From: Betaproteobacteria bacterium
GTDB taxonomy: Bacteria; Pseudomonadota; Gammaproteobacteria; Burkholderiales; SG8-41
Length of the DNA stretch: 52,569 bases
Direction: 5' to 3'
NCBI GenBank assembly: GCA_016199485.1
Contig: JACQGO010000133.1
Location: 1 to 52,569, forward strand
In this document: positions 10,192 to 22,654 of the stretch, in pieces
Layout: each line of letters opens with the position of its first letter
How positions within the stretch are numbered: position 1 is the first letter of the stretch
The notes under the pieces: generated by a model
What the model was told of the DNA's origin: nothing
The model's database searches: none
Seen by the model: only the letters and a program-made list of their open reading frames with translations
Program-made: the position numbers and the translations under genes

Positions 10192-11080
10192 GGGGAAAGC
10201 CCGCGAGGAACGCCGCCGCCGCCATCCGCTTCCCGCCGGGCCGCTGCAGTTCCGTCAGCCACAGCCCGTCCTGCCCGCACGCGACGAGCACGCCGCGCGG
10301 CGCGATTTCCATTATCGCGCCGGGCGCCGCAGCGGCGCGCCGCTCCACTTGCGCGCCCCAGATCTTTACCGTCGTGTTCTTGATCCGCGACTGCGCGACC
10401 GGGTACGGATTGAAAGCGCGCACCCTGCGTTCGATCACTGTCGCGGGTTCACACCAGTCGATATCCGCTTCGCGCTTCGCGACCTTCTCCGCGTAGGTGG
10501 CGCGCGCCTCGTCCTGCGGTCGCGGCTGCGGGTTTTCCGCGAGCGCGCGCACGATGAGTCTTGCGCCGAGCCGCGCGAGCTTGTCGTGCAGCGTCTGCGC
10601 GGTGTCGGCCGCGTCGATCGCGATCCGCTGCTGCAACAGGATAGGACCGGTGTCCAGCCCCTCGTCCATCTGCACGATCGTGATGCCGGTCTCGGTATCC
10701 CCCGCAAGCAGCGCGCGCTGGATCGGCGCTGCCCCGCGCCAGCGCGGCAACAGCGAAGCATGAATGTTGATGCACCCGCGCCGCGGAATCGCGAGCACGG
10801 CCTCTGGCAGGATCAGCCCGTACGCCGCGACCACCATCGCCTCCGCCCCGGCTCGTTGTAGCACCTCCTGTATCGCCTCGCTTCTCAGCGTCGCCGGCTG
10901 CAGGATCGGCAGCAGATGGCCGAGCGCGAGCGCTTTCACCGCGCTCGCCTGCGGCTTCATGCCACGTCCGGCCGGACGGTCCGGCCGGGTGAGGACGAGC
11001 ACGATCTCATACCCCGCAGCGATCAGCGCTCCGAGCGCCGCAGCAGCGAATTCGGGAGTGCCGGCAAAGATGATCTTCAT
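10163..11080 (-). CDS. fmt: Methionyl-tRNA formyltransferase
   Basis: 305 aa. Contains MKIIFAGTPEFA and HASLLPRWRGAAPIQRA. Part of a def-fmt-rsmB operon order. Confidence 0.96.
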   Translation of the reverse strand: MKIIFAGTPEFAAAALGALIAAGYEIVLVLTRPDRPAGRGMKPQASAVKALALGHLLPILQPATLRSEAIQEVLQRAGAEAMVVAAYGLILPEAVLAIPRRGCINIHASLLPRWRGAAPIQRALLAGDTETGITIVQMDEGLDTGPILLQQRIAIDAADTAQTLHDKLARLGARLIVRALAENPQPRPQDEARATYAEKVAKREADIDWCEPATVIERRVRAFNPYPVAQSRIKNTTVKIWGAQVERRAAAAPGAIMEIAPRGVLVACGQDGLWLTELQRPGGKRMAAAAFLAGFPLAPGERFGD

Positions 11081-11146
11081 ACGTTCGCGCGCCCTCGTCC
11101 GCCCCGCGCGCTGAACGCGCTGAAGCGTCCCGGGAGAGGGAACCGT

Positions 11147-11650
11147 TCACATCGCGCGCCGTTGCTGCTTCTTCAGCTTCGCGAGGATGCGCCGCTGCTT
11201 CAGGCGCGAGAGATGCTCGACGAACACGACGCCCTTCAGATGATCCATTTCGTGCTGCACACACGCCGCAAGCAGCCCCTCGGTTTCGAGCGTAAACGTT
11301 TGTCCTTGGGCGTCGAGCGCGCGCACCTTGACGCGCTCGGCGCGCCGCACTTTCTCAAATATCCCGGGTACCGACAGGCACCCCTCTTCGCACTCTTCGC
11401 TGCCGCTCGCTTCGAGTATCTCAGGGTTGATGAACACATTGAGCCGGTCTCGTGTCTCGGAGATGTCGATCACGATCACCTGCTGGTATACATCGACCTG
11501 GGTTGCAGCGAGCCCGATTCCCGGCGCGGCGTACATGGTTTCGGCCATGTCGTTGATTAGGCGTCGGATCTCGTCGTTCACGGCGCCCACCCTGCCGGCC
11601 GCCTTGTGCAGCCGCGGATCGGGGTATCGCAGTATCGGCAGGAGAGCCAT
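11147..11650 (-). CDS. def: Peptide deformylase
   Basis: 167 aa. Contains the metal-binding motifs EGCLSVPG and QHEMDHL. Confidence 0.96.
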   Translation of the reverse strand: MALLPILRYPDPRLHKAAGRVGAVNDEIRRLINDMAETMYAAPGIGLAATQVDVYQQVIVIDISETRDRLNVFINPEILEASGSEECEEGCLSVPGIFEKVRRAERVKVRALDAQGQTFTLETEGLLAACVQHEMDHLKGVVFVEHLSRLKQRRILAKLKKQQRRAM

Positions 11651-11770
11651 AAAAAAGCTTGCGGATTTAAATGACTAGATGCAGAATTTAAACCAATTCG
11701 TCACGTCAGATCCCGCTGCGGCCGCTGGGAGGGGTCTGTCGCGCGAGCCAGACAGCTATAGGGGTGCCCC

Positions 11771-12910
11771 ATGGTGAAGCTGATTATATCGCTGATTTTA
11801 TTGTTGAGTCCCTTCGCTACGGCGTTCGCCGCGGGTGACGGCGAGATCAAAGATTCAGCGCCCGATCGGTACATCGTGGTCGAGGGCGACACGTTGTGGA
11901 GCATCGCGGGACGGTTTCTCAAGGAACCGTGGCGCTGGCCCGAGCTTTGGAAGATGAACCAAGAGCAGATCAAGAATCCGCACCGCATCTATCCTGGCGA
12001 CGTGATCGTGCTCGACCGCTCCGCACAGGAAGCAAGGTTGCGTTTGCTCAAGACCGAAACGGTGAAACTCTCGCCCAAGGTGCGCGCCGAGCCGCGTCCG
12101 CCCAAGCCGGTCCCGACGATCCCGGCCGCGGCGATCGAGCCGTTCTTGAGCCGGCCGCTGGTGATCGAAGCGAACCGCCTCGACACCGCGCCTCGCATCG
12201 TTGCCACCGAGGAGAGCAGGGTGGCGATCGCTGCGGGCAGCACCGCCTATGCGGAGGGCATTACCAAGGACAAGGGCGAATTCTGGCAGGTCTTCCGCCG
12301 CGGCGAGGCGCTCGTCGACCCCGACAACAACGAGACCCTCGGTTACGAGGCGGTTTATCTGGGCGAGGCGCGCGTGACGCGCTTCGGCGACGTCGCGACG
12401 CTCGAGATCCTGAGGTCACCGCAGGAAATCTATGTGGGCGACCGGCTGGTTCCGGCACCCAAAGAGGTCCCGTTCATGAACTACATGCCGCGCGCGCCCC
12501 AAAAACCCGTCGCGGGCCGCATCGTATCGGCGTACGGAGGCCTACGGGAGATCGGCCCCAACTCGATCGTCGCGCTCTCCAGAGGCAGCCGTGACGGGCT
12601 GGAAGCCGGTCATGTGCTTGCGATCCATCGCAGCCAGCGCGGCGCGCGCTATACCTACCGCACCGAGCCGCTCTACGGACGCACCGGCCTGGGGGGCGAG
12701 GCCCCGCTCGACTATCGCAGCGAGTCGCTCGACCCGCGCAACACGCCGCTCTACTCGCGAAGCAAGGCCGCGGCGGTGCCCGCCGTGGATCTACCCGACG
12801 AGCGCTATGGCTTGGTGATGGTATTTCGCACTTTCGACCGGGCCTCTTTCGCGCTCGTGATGCAGGCGTCCCGCCCGGTGCACGTGCTCGACGTGGTCAC
12901 CAATCCGTAA
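11771..12910 (+). CDS. LysM domain-containing exported protein
   Basis: 379 aa. Has a signal peptide followed by a LysM motif (YIVVEGDTLWSIAGRFL...YPGDVIVL). It diverges from def and lies upstream of dprA. Confidence 0.8.
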   Translation: MVKLIISLILLLSPFATAFAAGDGEIKDSAPDRYIVVEGDTLWSIAGRFLKEPWRWPELWKMNQEQIKNPHRIYPGDVIVLDRSAQEARLRLLKTETVKLSPKVRAEPRPPKPVPTIPAAAIEPFLSRPLVIEANRLDTAPRIVATEESRVAIAAGSTAYAEGITKDKGEFWQVFRRGEALVDPDNNETLGYEAVYLGEARVTRFGDVATLEILRSPQEIYVGDRLVPAPKEVPFMNYMPRAPQKPVAGRIVSAYGGLREIGPNSIVALSRGSRDGLEAGHVLAIHRSQRGARYTYRTEPLYGRTGLGGEAPLDYRSESLDPRNTPLYSRSKAAAVPAVDLPDERYGLVMVFRTFDRASFALVMQASRPVHVLDVVTNP

Positions 12911-12994
12911 GCTGCGCCGCTTCACCCCTACCACGGCGGCGGGCGCGGGGCGTTCCTTCCCCCCGCGTCGCGGCGCACTCCGCGACGAGCACAC

Positions 12995-14080
12995 GTGACG
13001 GTCGAGCGTCATCTCGAAGATTGGCTCGCGCTGTGCCTGACGCCGGGGCTCGGCGACGCTGCGTTGCGCAGGCTGCTCGTGCGCTTCGGCGAGCCCGCCC
13101 ACATCTTCGCTGCGGGCCACGCAGCGCTCGCTCAACACGTGCCGACGGAAGTGGCCGCGCGCATACGCGACGGGGGCGCGCGCGAACGCCTCGCGCCGGT
13201 CCGCGCGTGGCTCGCGGATCCGGCGAACGGGATTGTGACACTGGCTGATCACGGCTACCCGCAACGGCTGCTCGAGATTCCCGACCCGCCGCCGCTGCTC
13301 TATGTCAAAGGTCGCCGCGAGCTCTTGAACCACCCGGCGCTCGCCATCGTCGGCAGCCGCAGCGCGACCCCTCAGGGCATCGCCAACGCGGAAGCGTTTG
13401 GGCGCGCGCTGAGCGACGCCGGGCTCACGATCGTAAGCGGGCTCGCGCTCGGCGTCGACGCCGCCGCACACCACGGCGGCCTTGCCGGCGCATCGAGCAG
13501 CATCGCTGTACTCGGCACCGGCCCTGACATCGTTTACCCGGCACGCAACCGCGGGCTTGCGCGCGAGCTTGCCGAACACGGCTGCATGATCTCGGAGTTC
13601 CCGCTCGGCACGCCGGCGCTCGGCAGCAATTTTCCGCGTCGCAACCGCATGATCAGCGGGCTCGCCCGAGGATGCCTGGTGGTCGAGGCGGCGTCCTCCA
13701 GCGGCTCGCTGATCACCGCGCGGCTCGCGGCGGAGCAGGGCAGGGAGGTGTTTGCGATTCCCGGCTCGATACACTCGCCGCTTGCAAAGGGCTGCCACAT
13801 GTTGATCAAACAGGGAGCAAAGCTCGTGGAGAGTGCGAGCGACGTGCTCGAAGAGCTCGCGCTGCCGCCCGCGCCCGCCGCGCCGGGAACGGACGAGACC
13901 GCGCATTCCCCGGAGGCGCGGCGTGTCCTCGAGTGCATGGGCTTCGATCCGTGCGACGTCGACACCCTGTGCGCGAGAAGCGGTTTTGCCGCCGAGGCGG
14001 TCACCAGCGCGCTCCTGCAACTCGAACTCTCCCACGCGGTCGACGCGCTGCCCGGTGGACGCTATCAACGCCGCCGCTGA
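12995..14080 (+). CDS. dprA: DNA processing protein DprA (Smf)
   Basis: 361 aa, GTG start. Contains the Rossmann-like core GLALGVDAAAH and FPRRNRMISGL. Confidence 0.92.
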   Translation: MTVERHLEDWLALCLTPGLGDAALRRLLVRFGEPAHIFAAGHAALAQHVPTEVAARIRDGGARERLAPVRAWLADPANGIVTLADHGYPQRLLEIPDPPPLLYVKGRRELLNHPALAIVGSRSATPQGIANAEAFGRALSDAGLTIVSGLALGVDAAAHHGGLAGASSSIAVLGTGPDIVYPARNRGLARELAEHGCMISEFPLGTPALGSNFPRRNRMISGLARGCLVVEAASSSGSLITARLAAEQGREVFAIPGSIHSPLAKGCHMLIKQGAKLVESASDVLEELALPPAPAAPGTDETAHSPEARRVLECMGFDPCDVDTLCARSGFAAEAVTSALLQLELSHAVDALPGGRYQRRR

Positions 14081-14279
14081 GCGCGGCCTGTTTCGCCGCC
14101 CCCGCAGCCACTGCAAACGCTTGATTCCTTGACCCTCGCCGCGGGGGCCGTCGCGCTGCGCCGGCGCCGCGTGGCGTATCACGCTTGCCTTACGACGGGT
14201 TTGTTCTTTATCATTCTGCGCTCCGTTTGATACGGCGCCACCGGTGGTGCGTGGCGCCGGGTTCGGTCTCACACGCCCC

Positions 14280-16832
14280 GTGACCAAGCAACTCATCATC
14301 GCCGAGAAACCGTCCGTCGCAGCCGACATCTCGCGCGCGCTGCGCGGCTTCGTGAAGCGCGGCGACTATTACGAGAACGAGCATTACGTGCTCTCCTCGG
14401 CGATCGGCCATCTGCTCGAGCTCGCTGCGCCCGAAGAGCACGAGGTCAAACGCGGGAAGTGGAAGCTCGAAAACCTGCCAATCATTCCACCGCATTTCGA
14501 CCTGAAGCCCATAGAAAAGACCGAGGTGCGGTTGAGGCTGCTCGCGCAGCTCATCAAGCGCAAGGACGTCACGGGGCTGATCAACGCCTGCGACGCCGGG
14601 CGCGAAGGCGAGCTTATCTTCCGCCACATCGTGCGGCACACCGGCACCGCGAAGCCGATCGAACGCCTGTGGCTGCAGTCGATGACGGCGGCGGCAATCC
14701 GCGAAGGTTTCGCGAAGCTGCGCGGCGACCGCGAGATGCTGCCGCTCGCCGACGCCGCGGTGTGCCGGTCCGAGGCCGACTGGCTGGTCGGGATCAATGC
14801 GACGCGCGCGATGACCGCGTTCAACTCTCAGGAAGGCGGTTTCTACAAGACCCCCGCCGGCCGGGTGCAGACTCCCACGCTCGCGATCCTGGTCGAACGC
14901 GAACAGCGCATCAAGAGCTTCGTGCCGCGCGAGTTCTGGGAAGTACGCGGGACGTTCGCGGTGGCCGCCGGCGAATACGAAGGGCGGTGGTTCGACGAGA
15001 AGTTCGCAAAGGACAAACAAAGCGAGGACGGCGACGCACGGCCGGAGCGCATCTGGGATGAGGCGCGCGCCGTGGCGATCCGCGCCAAGTGCCTCGGCAA
15101 GCCCGGCGAGATCACCGAAGAGCGCAAGCGCGCGACGCAGCTTTCGCCGTTGCTGTTCGACCTCACGAGCCTTCAGCGCGCCGCGAACCAGCGCTTCGGG
15201 TACTCGGCCAGAATGACGCTCTCGCTCGCGCAGGCGCTCTACGAAAAACACAAGGCGCTCACCTACCCGCGCACCGATTCGCGCTGGTTGCCCGAGGACT
15301 ACGTCGGCACCGTGAAGAGCACGCTCGGCAGCCTGCTCGGCGGGCCACGCGGCAAGTCAGCGAGAGCGGCCGCTGACTCCGCTTGTCCCTACGCGAGCTT
15401 CGCCCGCAAGGTGCTCGAAAGCGGGTGGGTGCGCCCGAACAAGCGGATTTTCAACAACGCCCGCGTGTCCGACCACTTCGCGATCATCCCGACGGCGTTC
15501 GCACCGAAACATCTCCATGAGGCCGAGACGAAGCTCTATGACCTCGTGGTGCGGCGCTTCCTGGCGGTGTTTTATCCGCCGGCGGAGTACGATGTGACCA
15601 CCCGCATCACCCGCGTCTCTGGCGAAGCCTTCAAGAGCGAGGGGCGCGTGATGGTGACCCCGGGTTGGCTCGAGGTCTACGGCAGGGATGCCGATGACGC
15701 TGAGGCGCAGAGCTTGGCTGCGGTGCGTCCGGGCGAGAGCGCGCGTAGCCGCGCGGTCGAGGTCGTCGCCACCCAGACCAAGCCTCCCGCACGCTTCACC
15801 GAGGCCACACTGCTTACGGCAATGGAGGGCGCAGGCAAGCTGGTGGAGGACGAGGAGCTGCGCGAGGCGATGAAGGAGCGCGGCCTCGGCACGCCAGCCA
15901 CGCGCGCGGTGATCATCGAGAAGCTGCTCGACGAAGAGTACATCGTGCGCAACGGCCGCGAGTTGCAGCCGACGCCGAAGGCTTTCTCCCTGATCGCGCT
16001 GCTCCGGGGGCTCGACATTCCGGAGCTTCGATCGCCCGAGCTCACCGGAGACTGGGAATTCAAGCTCAAGCAGATGGAGCACGGCAAGCTCAAGCGCGCG
16101 GAGTTCATGCAGCAGATCAAGCACATGACCCGCCGCATTGTCGAACAGGTCAAGAAACACCGGGACCACCCGCTACCGGGAGACTATGCCACGCTTCCGA
16201 CGCCGTGCCCGAAGTGCGGAGGCGTGGTGAAGGAAGACTACCGCAGGTTCCGGTGCGAGAAATGCGGTTTTGCGGTATGGCGCGTGATCTCCGGGCGGCA
16301 GCTCGAGCCTGCGGAGGTCGCAGAACTGCTGGCAAAACGCGCGCTCGGGCCGCTGACCGGCTTCCGCAGCCGCCTTGGAAGGCCGTTCGCCGCTGTGCTG
16401 AGGCTCACGCCGGAATTCAAGGTGGAGTTCGACTTCGGGCTGGCGGCGAACGCCGATACCGCCGAAGCCGTGGATTTCTCAGGTAGACAGTCGCTCGGCC
16501 TGTGCCCGAAATGCGGGGCGGCGGTATACGAGCACGGGATGGCCTACCTATGCGAGCGCGCCGTCGGCGCCCCCCGGCGCTGCGACTTCCGCTCCGGCAA
16601 GATCATCCTCCAGCGTGGGATCGAGCCCGAGCAGATGAGAAAACTGCTCGCCACCGGCAGGACCGACCTGCTGCACCGCTTCATCTCGAAAAAAGGCAGG
16701 CCATTCTCCGCGTTCCTGGTACGCAGCAAAGGCGGCACGATCAGCTTCGAGTTCGCCACTCGCGAAGCGAAGGCAGCCGGAGCAAAGACACGCGCGAAGC
16801 CCGCACGCCCAAAGAGGCCCGCCGCCTCCTGA
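14280..16832 (+). CDS. topB: Type IA DNA topoisomerase, Topo III-like, with C-terminal zinc ribbons
   Basis: The ORF track gives 14244-16832. The GTG at 14280 (VTKQLIIAEKPS...) fits the family N-terminus better. Contains the TopB-like motifs IAEKPS, IGHLLE and DAGREGE, plus two CPKCG...C..C zinc-ribbon units near the C-terminus. Confidence 0.85.
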   Translation: MTKQLIIAEKPSVAADISRALRGFVKRGDYYENEHYVLSSAIGHLLELAAPEEHEVKRGKWKLENLPIIPPHFDLKPIEKTEVRLRLLAQLIKRKDVTGLINACDAGREGELIFRHIVRHTGTAKPIERLWLQSMTAAAIREGFAKLRGDREMLPLADAAVCRSEADWLVGINATRAMTAFNSQEGGFYKTPAGRVQTPTLAILVEREQRIKSFVPREFWEVRGTFAVAAGEYEGRWFDEKFAKDKQSEDGDARPERIWDEARAVAIRAKCLGKPGEITEERKRATQLSPLLFDLTSLQRAANQRFGYSARMTLSLAQALYEKHKALTYPRTDSRWLPEDYVGTVKSTLGSLLGGPRGKSARAAADSACPYASFARKVLESGWVRPNKRIFNNARVSDHFAIIPTAFAPKHLHEAETKLYDLVVRRFLAVFYPPAEYDVTTRITRVSGEAFKSEGRVMVTPGWLEVYGRDADDAEAQSLAAVRPGESARSRAVEVVATQTKPPARFTEATLLTAMEGAGKLVEDEELREAMKERGLGTPATRAVIIEKLLDEEYIVRNGRELQPTPKAFSLIALLRGLDIPELRSPELTGDWEFKLKQMEHGKLKRAEFMQQIKHMTRRIVEQVKKHRDHPLPGDYATLPTPCPKCGGVVKEDYRRFRCEKCGFAVWRVISGRQLEPAEVAELLAKRALGPLTGFRSRLGRPFAAVLRLTPEFKVEFDFGLAANADTAEAVDFSGRQSLGLCPKCGAAVYEHGMAYLCERAVGAPRRCDFRSGKIILQRGIEPEQMRKLLATGRTDLLHRFISKKGRPFSAFLVRSKGGTISFEFATREAKAAGAKTRAKPARPKRPAAS

Positions 16833-16844
16833 CGCGGTCGCGCC

Positions 16845-19292
<2,448 letters not shown>

Positions 19293-19304
19293 CTATTACG
19301 GTGG

Positions 19305-20414
19305 CTAGATGCGCATCGGCATCACGACGTACCGGAAGTCTGCTCTATCCGGGGTTGTTACCACCATGCTGCTGTTCGCGTCACCGAACGCGCAATCAAC
19401 AGTAGCGCTGTGTAGGTTGTTCAGCACGTCCAGCAGGTAGTTGATGTTGAAACCGACATCGAGCGGCTCACCGTCGTAGATAATTTCTAGCTCCTCCTGT
19501 GCCTCCTCTTGGTCGTTGTTCGTGCATGATACCCGGAGGCTGTTCGCTGTAAGTACCCATCGCACTCCCCGGAACTTCTCGTTCGATAGTATTACTGCCC
19601 GCTGTAATGCTTGTAGCAGCAACTCGCGCGGTACCGAGAAGTGCTTTTGGTAATTGGGTGGTATCACCCGCGCATAGTCCGGAAACTTGCCATCGATGAC
19701 CTTTGTTACCATCACGACTCCCGTGAAGGTAAAACGCACTTGGTTTGCGAAAAGCTCTACTACAACCTCTTCCTCACCATCACCGAGGAGCTTCATGAGT
19801 TCCAGCACCGCCTTCCGTGGGAGGATTACCTCGCGCTTATCCTCCACCCCCGCGAGCCGCTCACTCGCGTAGCTCAACCGGTGCCCGTCGGTAGCCACCA
19901 CCTTGAGCTCACCGCCCTCCAGCGCGAGCAGCAGCCCGTTTAGATAGTAGCGGATGTCCTGCTGTGCCATTGCATATTGCACCAAGAGCAGTACATCCCG
20001 CAGTAACTTCTGCGGTAGCCGTATCGACGCAGTCGGCGTACCTGGTTCCGCCACGCGCGGAAAGTCATCTGGTGGTAGCGTCTGCAGATTGAACCGGCTC
20101 CTGCCAGCCCGCACCTGCAAGCGATTGTTTTGCACATCCAGAACCACCTCGGTGTCTTCCGCCAGCGCCCGGAGGATGTCCAGCAACTTACGCGCGGAGA
20201 CTGTAATACTCTGCTCCTCCACCACAGCCTTTTCGCATGCGCAGCTAGTAGACACCTGGATCTCCAAGTCCGTAGCTACCATGCTGAGTTGATGCTGCCG
20301 TCGTTCCAGTAGAACGTTCGATAGTATTGGAAGTGTATGCCGCTTTTCCACGATGCCGGTCACTGCCTGTAGTGGTTTAAGCAGTACGTCGCGCTGGACC
20401 TGTATTAGTTTCAT
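19305..20414 (-). CDS. dnaN: DNA polymerase III beta sliding clamp
   Basis: 369 aa. The N-terminus MKLIQVQRDVLLKPLQAVTGIVEKRHTLPILSNVLLE is typical of DnaN. It sits between dnaA and gyrB. Confidence 0.97.
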   Translation of the reverse strand: MKLIQVQRDVLLKPLQAVTGIVEKRHTLPILSNVLLERRQHQLSMVATDLEIQVSTSCACEKAVVEEQSITVSARKLLDILRALAEDTEVVLDVQNNRLQVRAGRSRFNLQTLPPDDFPRVAEPGTPTASIRLPQKLLRDVLLLVQYAMAQQDIRYYLNGLLLALEGGELKVVATDGHRLSYASERLAGVEDKREVILPRKAVLELMKLLGDGEEEVVVELFANQVRFTFTGVVMVTKVIDGKFPDYARVIPPNYQKHFSVPRELLLQALQRAVILSNEKFRGVRWVLTANSLRVSCTNNDQEEAQEELEIIYDGEPLDVGFNINYLLDVLNNLHSATVDCAFGDANSSMVVTTPDRADFRYVVMPMRI

Positions 20415-20459
20415 AGTTACTTATAAACCATGAGAATAGTTAATAACGACGACGTTTGC

Positions 20460-20468
20460 TGTGGATAA
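20460..20468 (-). promoter_or_regulatory. DnaA box, perfect consensus (TTATCCACA on the minus strand)
   Basis: The plus strand reads TGTGGATAA. Confidence 0.7.
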
Positions 20469-20583
20469 TAGTGAAAGTCATGGCATCACAGTCGGTTAGC
20501 ATTGTAGGCAGGTATGTATATCCTGTAGAAGGTGCTGTGGATGAGTTGTGGATGCAGATTTGATCGACATGGTTATCAGCGCG

Positions 20584-20592
20584 TTATCCACA
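20584..20592 (+). promoter_or_regulatory. DnaA box, perfect consensus
   Basis: The plus strand reads TTATCCACA. Confidence 0.7.
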
Positions 20593-20618
20593 GTTGTCGG
20601 GGTTGTTGTACACGGTGT

Positions 20619-21941
20619 TCATCCTCGCAGTACCTTGAGGAGAGAGTCAAAATCATGCGTAACCTCTCGATTCGTCGCCTTAAGCGCGGTGATCTTGCGG
20701 CAGGCGTGTAGCACGGTAGTGTGGTCTCTGCCACCGAAAGCCTCCCCGATGTCCGGGAGGCTGAGGGGAGTGAGCTCCTTGGCTAGAGCCATTGCAATCT
20801 GCCGTGGTCGTGCGACGTTACGGCTGCGTTTCTTCGAGTACATTTCGGAGACCCTGATCTTGTAGTACTCGGCGACGGTCTTTTGGATGTTCTCGATTGA
20901 TACTTGGCGTGTCTGGACCGCAAGGAGGTCTTTAAGTGCCTCGCGGGATAGCTCGACCGAAAGTCCCTGCCCGGAGAAACGTGCGTATGCGAGCACCCGC
21001 TTCAGCGCACCCTCAAGCTCACGCACATTGGAGTGAATGTGTCTCGCGATGAAGAACGCCACGGTCTCCTCCAGCATGACTCGTTCAGCTTCAGCTTTCT
21101 TGAGCAGGATCGCTACGCGCATTTCGAGTTCAGGTGGTTCTACTGCAACCGTTAACCCCCATCCGAAGCGCGAGATCAGCCGGTTCTCGATCCCGGAGAT
21201 TTCCTTTGGATATGTATCGCAGGAGATCACCACCTGTTTGTGTGCCTCGACTAGGGCATTGAACGCGTAGAAAAACTCCTCTTGGGTACGGCTCTTACCG
21301 CCAAAGAACTGGATGTCATCGACGAGCAGGACATCAAGCGAGTGGTAGTAGCGCTTGAAGTCGTCAAACGCCTTATGCTGATACGCACGCACGACATCCG
21401 ATACATATTGCTCCGCATGAATGTACCGTATCTTGCTTTCAGCATGCTTGGAATGCACGTAGTTACCGATCGCATGGATAAGATGCGTCTTGCCAAGCCC
21501 CACCCCACCGTAAACGAACAGCGGGTTGTACGCGGCGCCAGCGCGCTCTGCCACCTGGATCGCTGCTGCACGGGCAAGCTCATTGGCCTTCCCGGTCACG
21601 AAATTCTCGAACGTGAAAGAGGGGTTCAGACGGGATACGTCACGCACACCTGGCCGCACCGCGCTGCCATCGGCAAGCGGCAGCGACGCCTGCAGAGCCC
21701 CGCTCTTCTCGGCAAGTGTAAGGCTCACGCGGGCGCCAGCACCAAGACGCTCAGCGGCGAGTTCCTCTATACGAGGCAGGAATCTGTCGCGTATCCACTG
21801 CAGCACGAAACGGTTCGGCGCGATGAGCGTCACTGAGCCGCCGTCGATGCGGGCTGCGAGCGGCTTGATCCACGTCTTGAACTGTTGTGCCGGCAGGTCT
21901 TTTTCAAACTGCGCCAGGCAAAAACGCCAGAAGCTAGTCAT
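20619..21941 (-). CDS. dnaA: Chromosomal replication initiator DnaA
   Basis: 440 aa. Contains Walker [11 protein letters not shown], Walker [10 protein letters not shown], and the domain IV motif [15 protein letters not shown]. Confidence 0.98.
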   Translation of the reverse strand: MTSFWRFCLAQFEKDLPAQQFKTWIKPLAARIDGGSVTLIAPNRFVLQWIRDRFLPRIEELAAERLGAGARVSLTLAEKSGALQASLPLADGSAVRPGVRDVSRLNPSFTFENFVTGKANELARAAAIQVAERAGAAYNPLFVYGGVGLGKTHLIHAIGNYVHSKHAESKIRYIHAEQYVSDVVRAYQHKAFDDFKRYYHSLDVLLVDDIQFFGGKSRTQEEFFYAFNALVEAHKQVVISCDTYPKEISGIENRLISRFGWGLTVAVEPPELEMRVAILLKKAEAERVMLEETVAFFIARHIHSNVRELEGALKRVLAYARFSGQGLSVELSREALKDLLAVQTRQVSIENIQKTVAEYYKIRVSEMYSKKRSRNVARPRQIAMALAKELTPLSLPDIGEAFGGRDHTTVLHACRKITALKATNREVTHDFDSLLKVLRG

Positions 21942-22068
21942 CTTGTGGACGGTCGCAGCGCGCTCGTTTCGGGCAGCGGGAGGGTAATATGCGATTTTAG
22001 CGGTTTTGCTGGTGGTAATCCACCGCGTAGCTCAACGCGGGGCGTCTGATGGTGCTTGCTCGCGACGG

Positions 22069-22098
22069 TTGACACCGGTACTGCGGAGAAGGTGTAAT
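22069..22098 (+). promoter_or_regulatory. Putative sigma70 promoter of rpmH-rnpA
   Basis: TTGACA (22069-22074), an 18-nt spacer, then TGTAAT (22093-22098). A GGAGG Shine-Dalgarno sits at 22121-22125, ahead of the ATG at 22136. Confidence 0.45.
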
Positions 22099-22135
22099 AA
22101 CAGGCTTTGTCGAACCCGACGGAGGCAAGATCCAC

Positions 22136-22270
22136 ATGAAGCGAACTTACCAGCCCTCTGTAACCCGCAGAAAACGCACGCATGGGTACCGCGTGCGCAT
22201 GAAAACCCGCGCCGGCAGGGCCGTAATACGCGCTCGCCGCGCCAAAGGCCGCGCGCGGCTAGGCGCATAG
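22136..22270 (+). CDS. rpmH: 50S ribosomal protein L34
   Basis: Absent from the ORF track because it is only 44 aa. Translation: [44 protein letters not shown]. Preceded by GGAGG and followed immediately by rnpA. Confidence 0.95.
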   Translation: MKRTYQPSVTRRKRTHGYRVRMKTRAGRAVIRARRAKGRARLGA

Positions 22271-22654
22271 TTGATTCCGGCGGTGCCACAAGGAGCGGCA
22301 CGGTTCTCGCTCCCGCAACGCCAGCGCCTACGTCGACGGGGCGAGTTTGGGGCAGCGCTGCGTGCTAAACGCGTGGCCGCGAGCGCCCATTTCGCGGCGT
22401 GGGCAAAGCGCAACGGCCTGCGGTATGCACGGCTGGGCGTGGTTGCCGCGAAGCGTATAGCGAAACGCGCGGTGGACAGGAACCGGGCGCGGCGCCTCGT
22501 GCGGGAAGCGTTCCGCCGCGCACAGGCAGCATTGGCGGGGCTGGACGTCGTGGTGCAATTGCGCCGGCCGCTGGACCGTCGCGCAAGCGCGGACTGCCGC
22601 GAGGAATTGGCGTGCATCGTGGCAGAGATCGATAGATGGCGCGCTTCCTTATAG
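22271..22654 (+). CDS. rnpA: Ribonuclease P protein component
   Basis: 127 aa basic protein with a TTG start abutting the rpmH stop. Conserved rpmH-rnpA-yidD-yidC order. Confidence 0.88.
   Translation: MIPAVPQGAARFSLPQRQRLRRRGEFGAALRAKRVAASAHFAAWAKRNGLRYARLGVVAAKRIAKRAVDRNRARRLVREAFRRAQAALAGLDVVVQLRRPLDRRASADCREELACIVAEIDRWRASL

Larger units (their letters stand above)
20415..20618. other. DnaA-box cluster plus AT-rich tract in the dnaA-dnaN spacer (candidate oriC or part of it)
   Basis: There are two perfect boxes: TGTGGATAA at 20460-20468 and TTATCCACA at 20584-20592. There are two near boxes: TGTGGATGA at 20536-20544 and TGTGGATGC at 20547-20555. The first 40 nt of the tract (from 20415) are about 32% GC by my count (13/40), in a genome region that is otherwise about 70% GC. 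Confidence 0.55.

Noticed and set aside
12791-14329. 512-aa minus-strand ORF, together with 14211-15251, 26445-28043 and 47258-48928
   Set aside because: All overlap well-supported genes (dprA, topB, mnmG, priA) on the opposite strand and lack any recognisable domain signature.
21942-22135. rpmH-dnaA spacer as the origin
   Set aside because: It has only 2-mismatch DnaA-box-like sequences and no AT-rich tract. It is better explained as the divergent dnaA and rpmH promoter region, with possible DnaA autoregulation. Only GC-skew or marker-frequency data could settle this.
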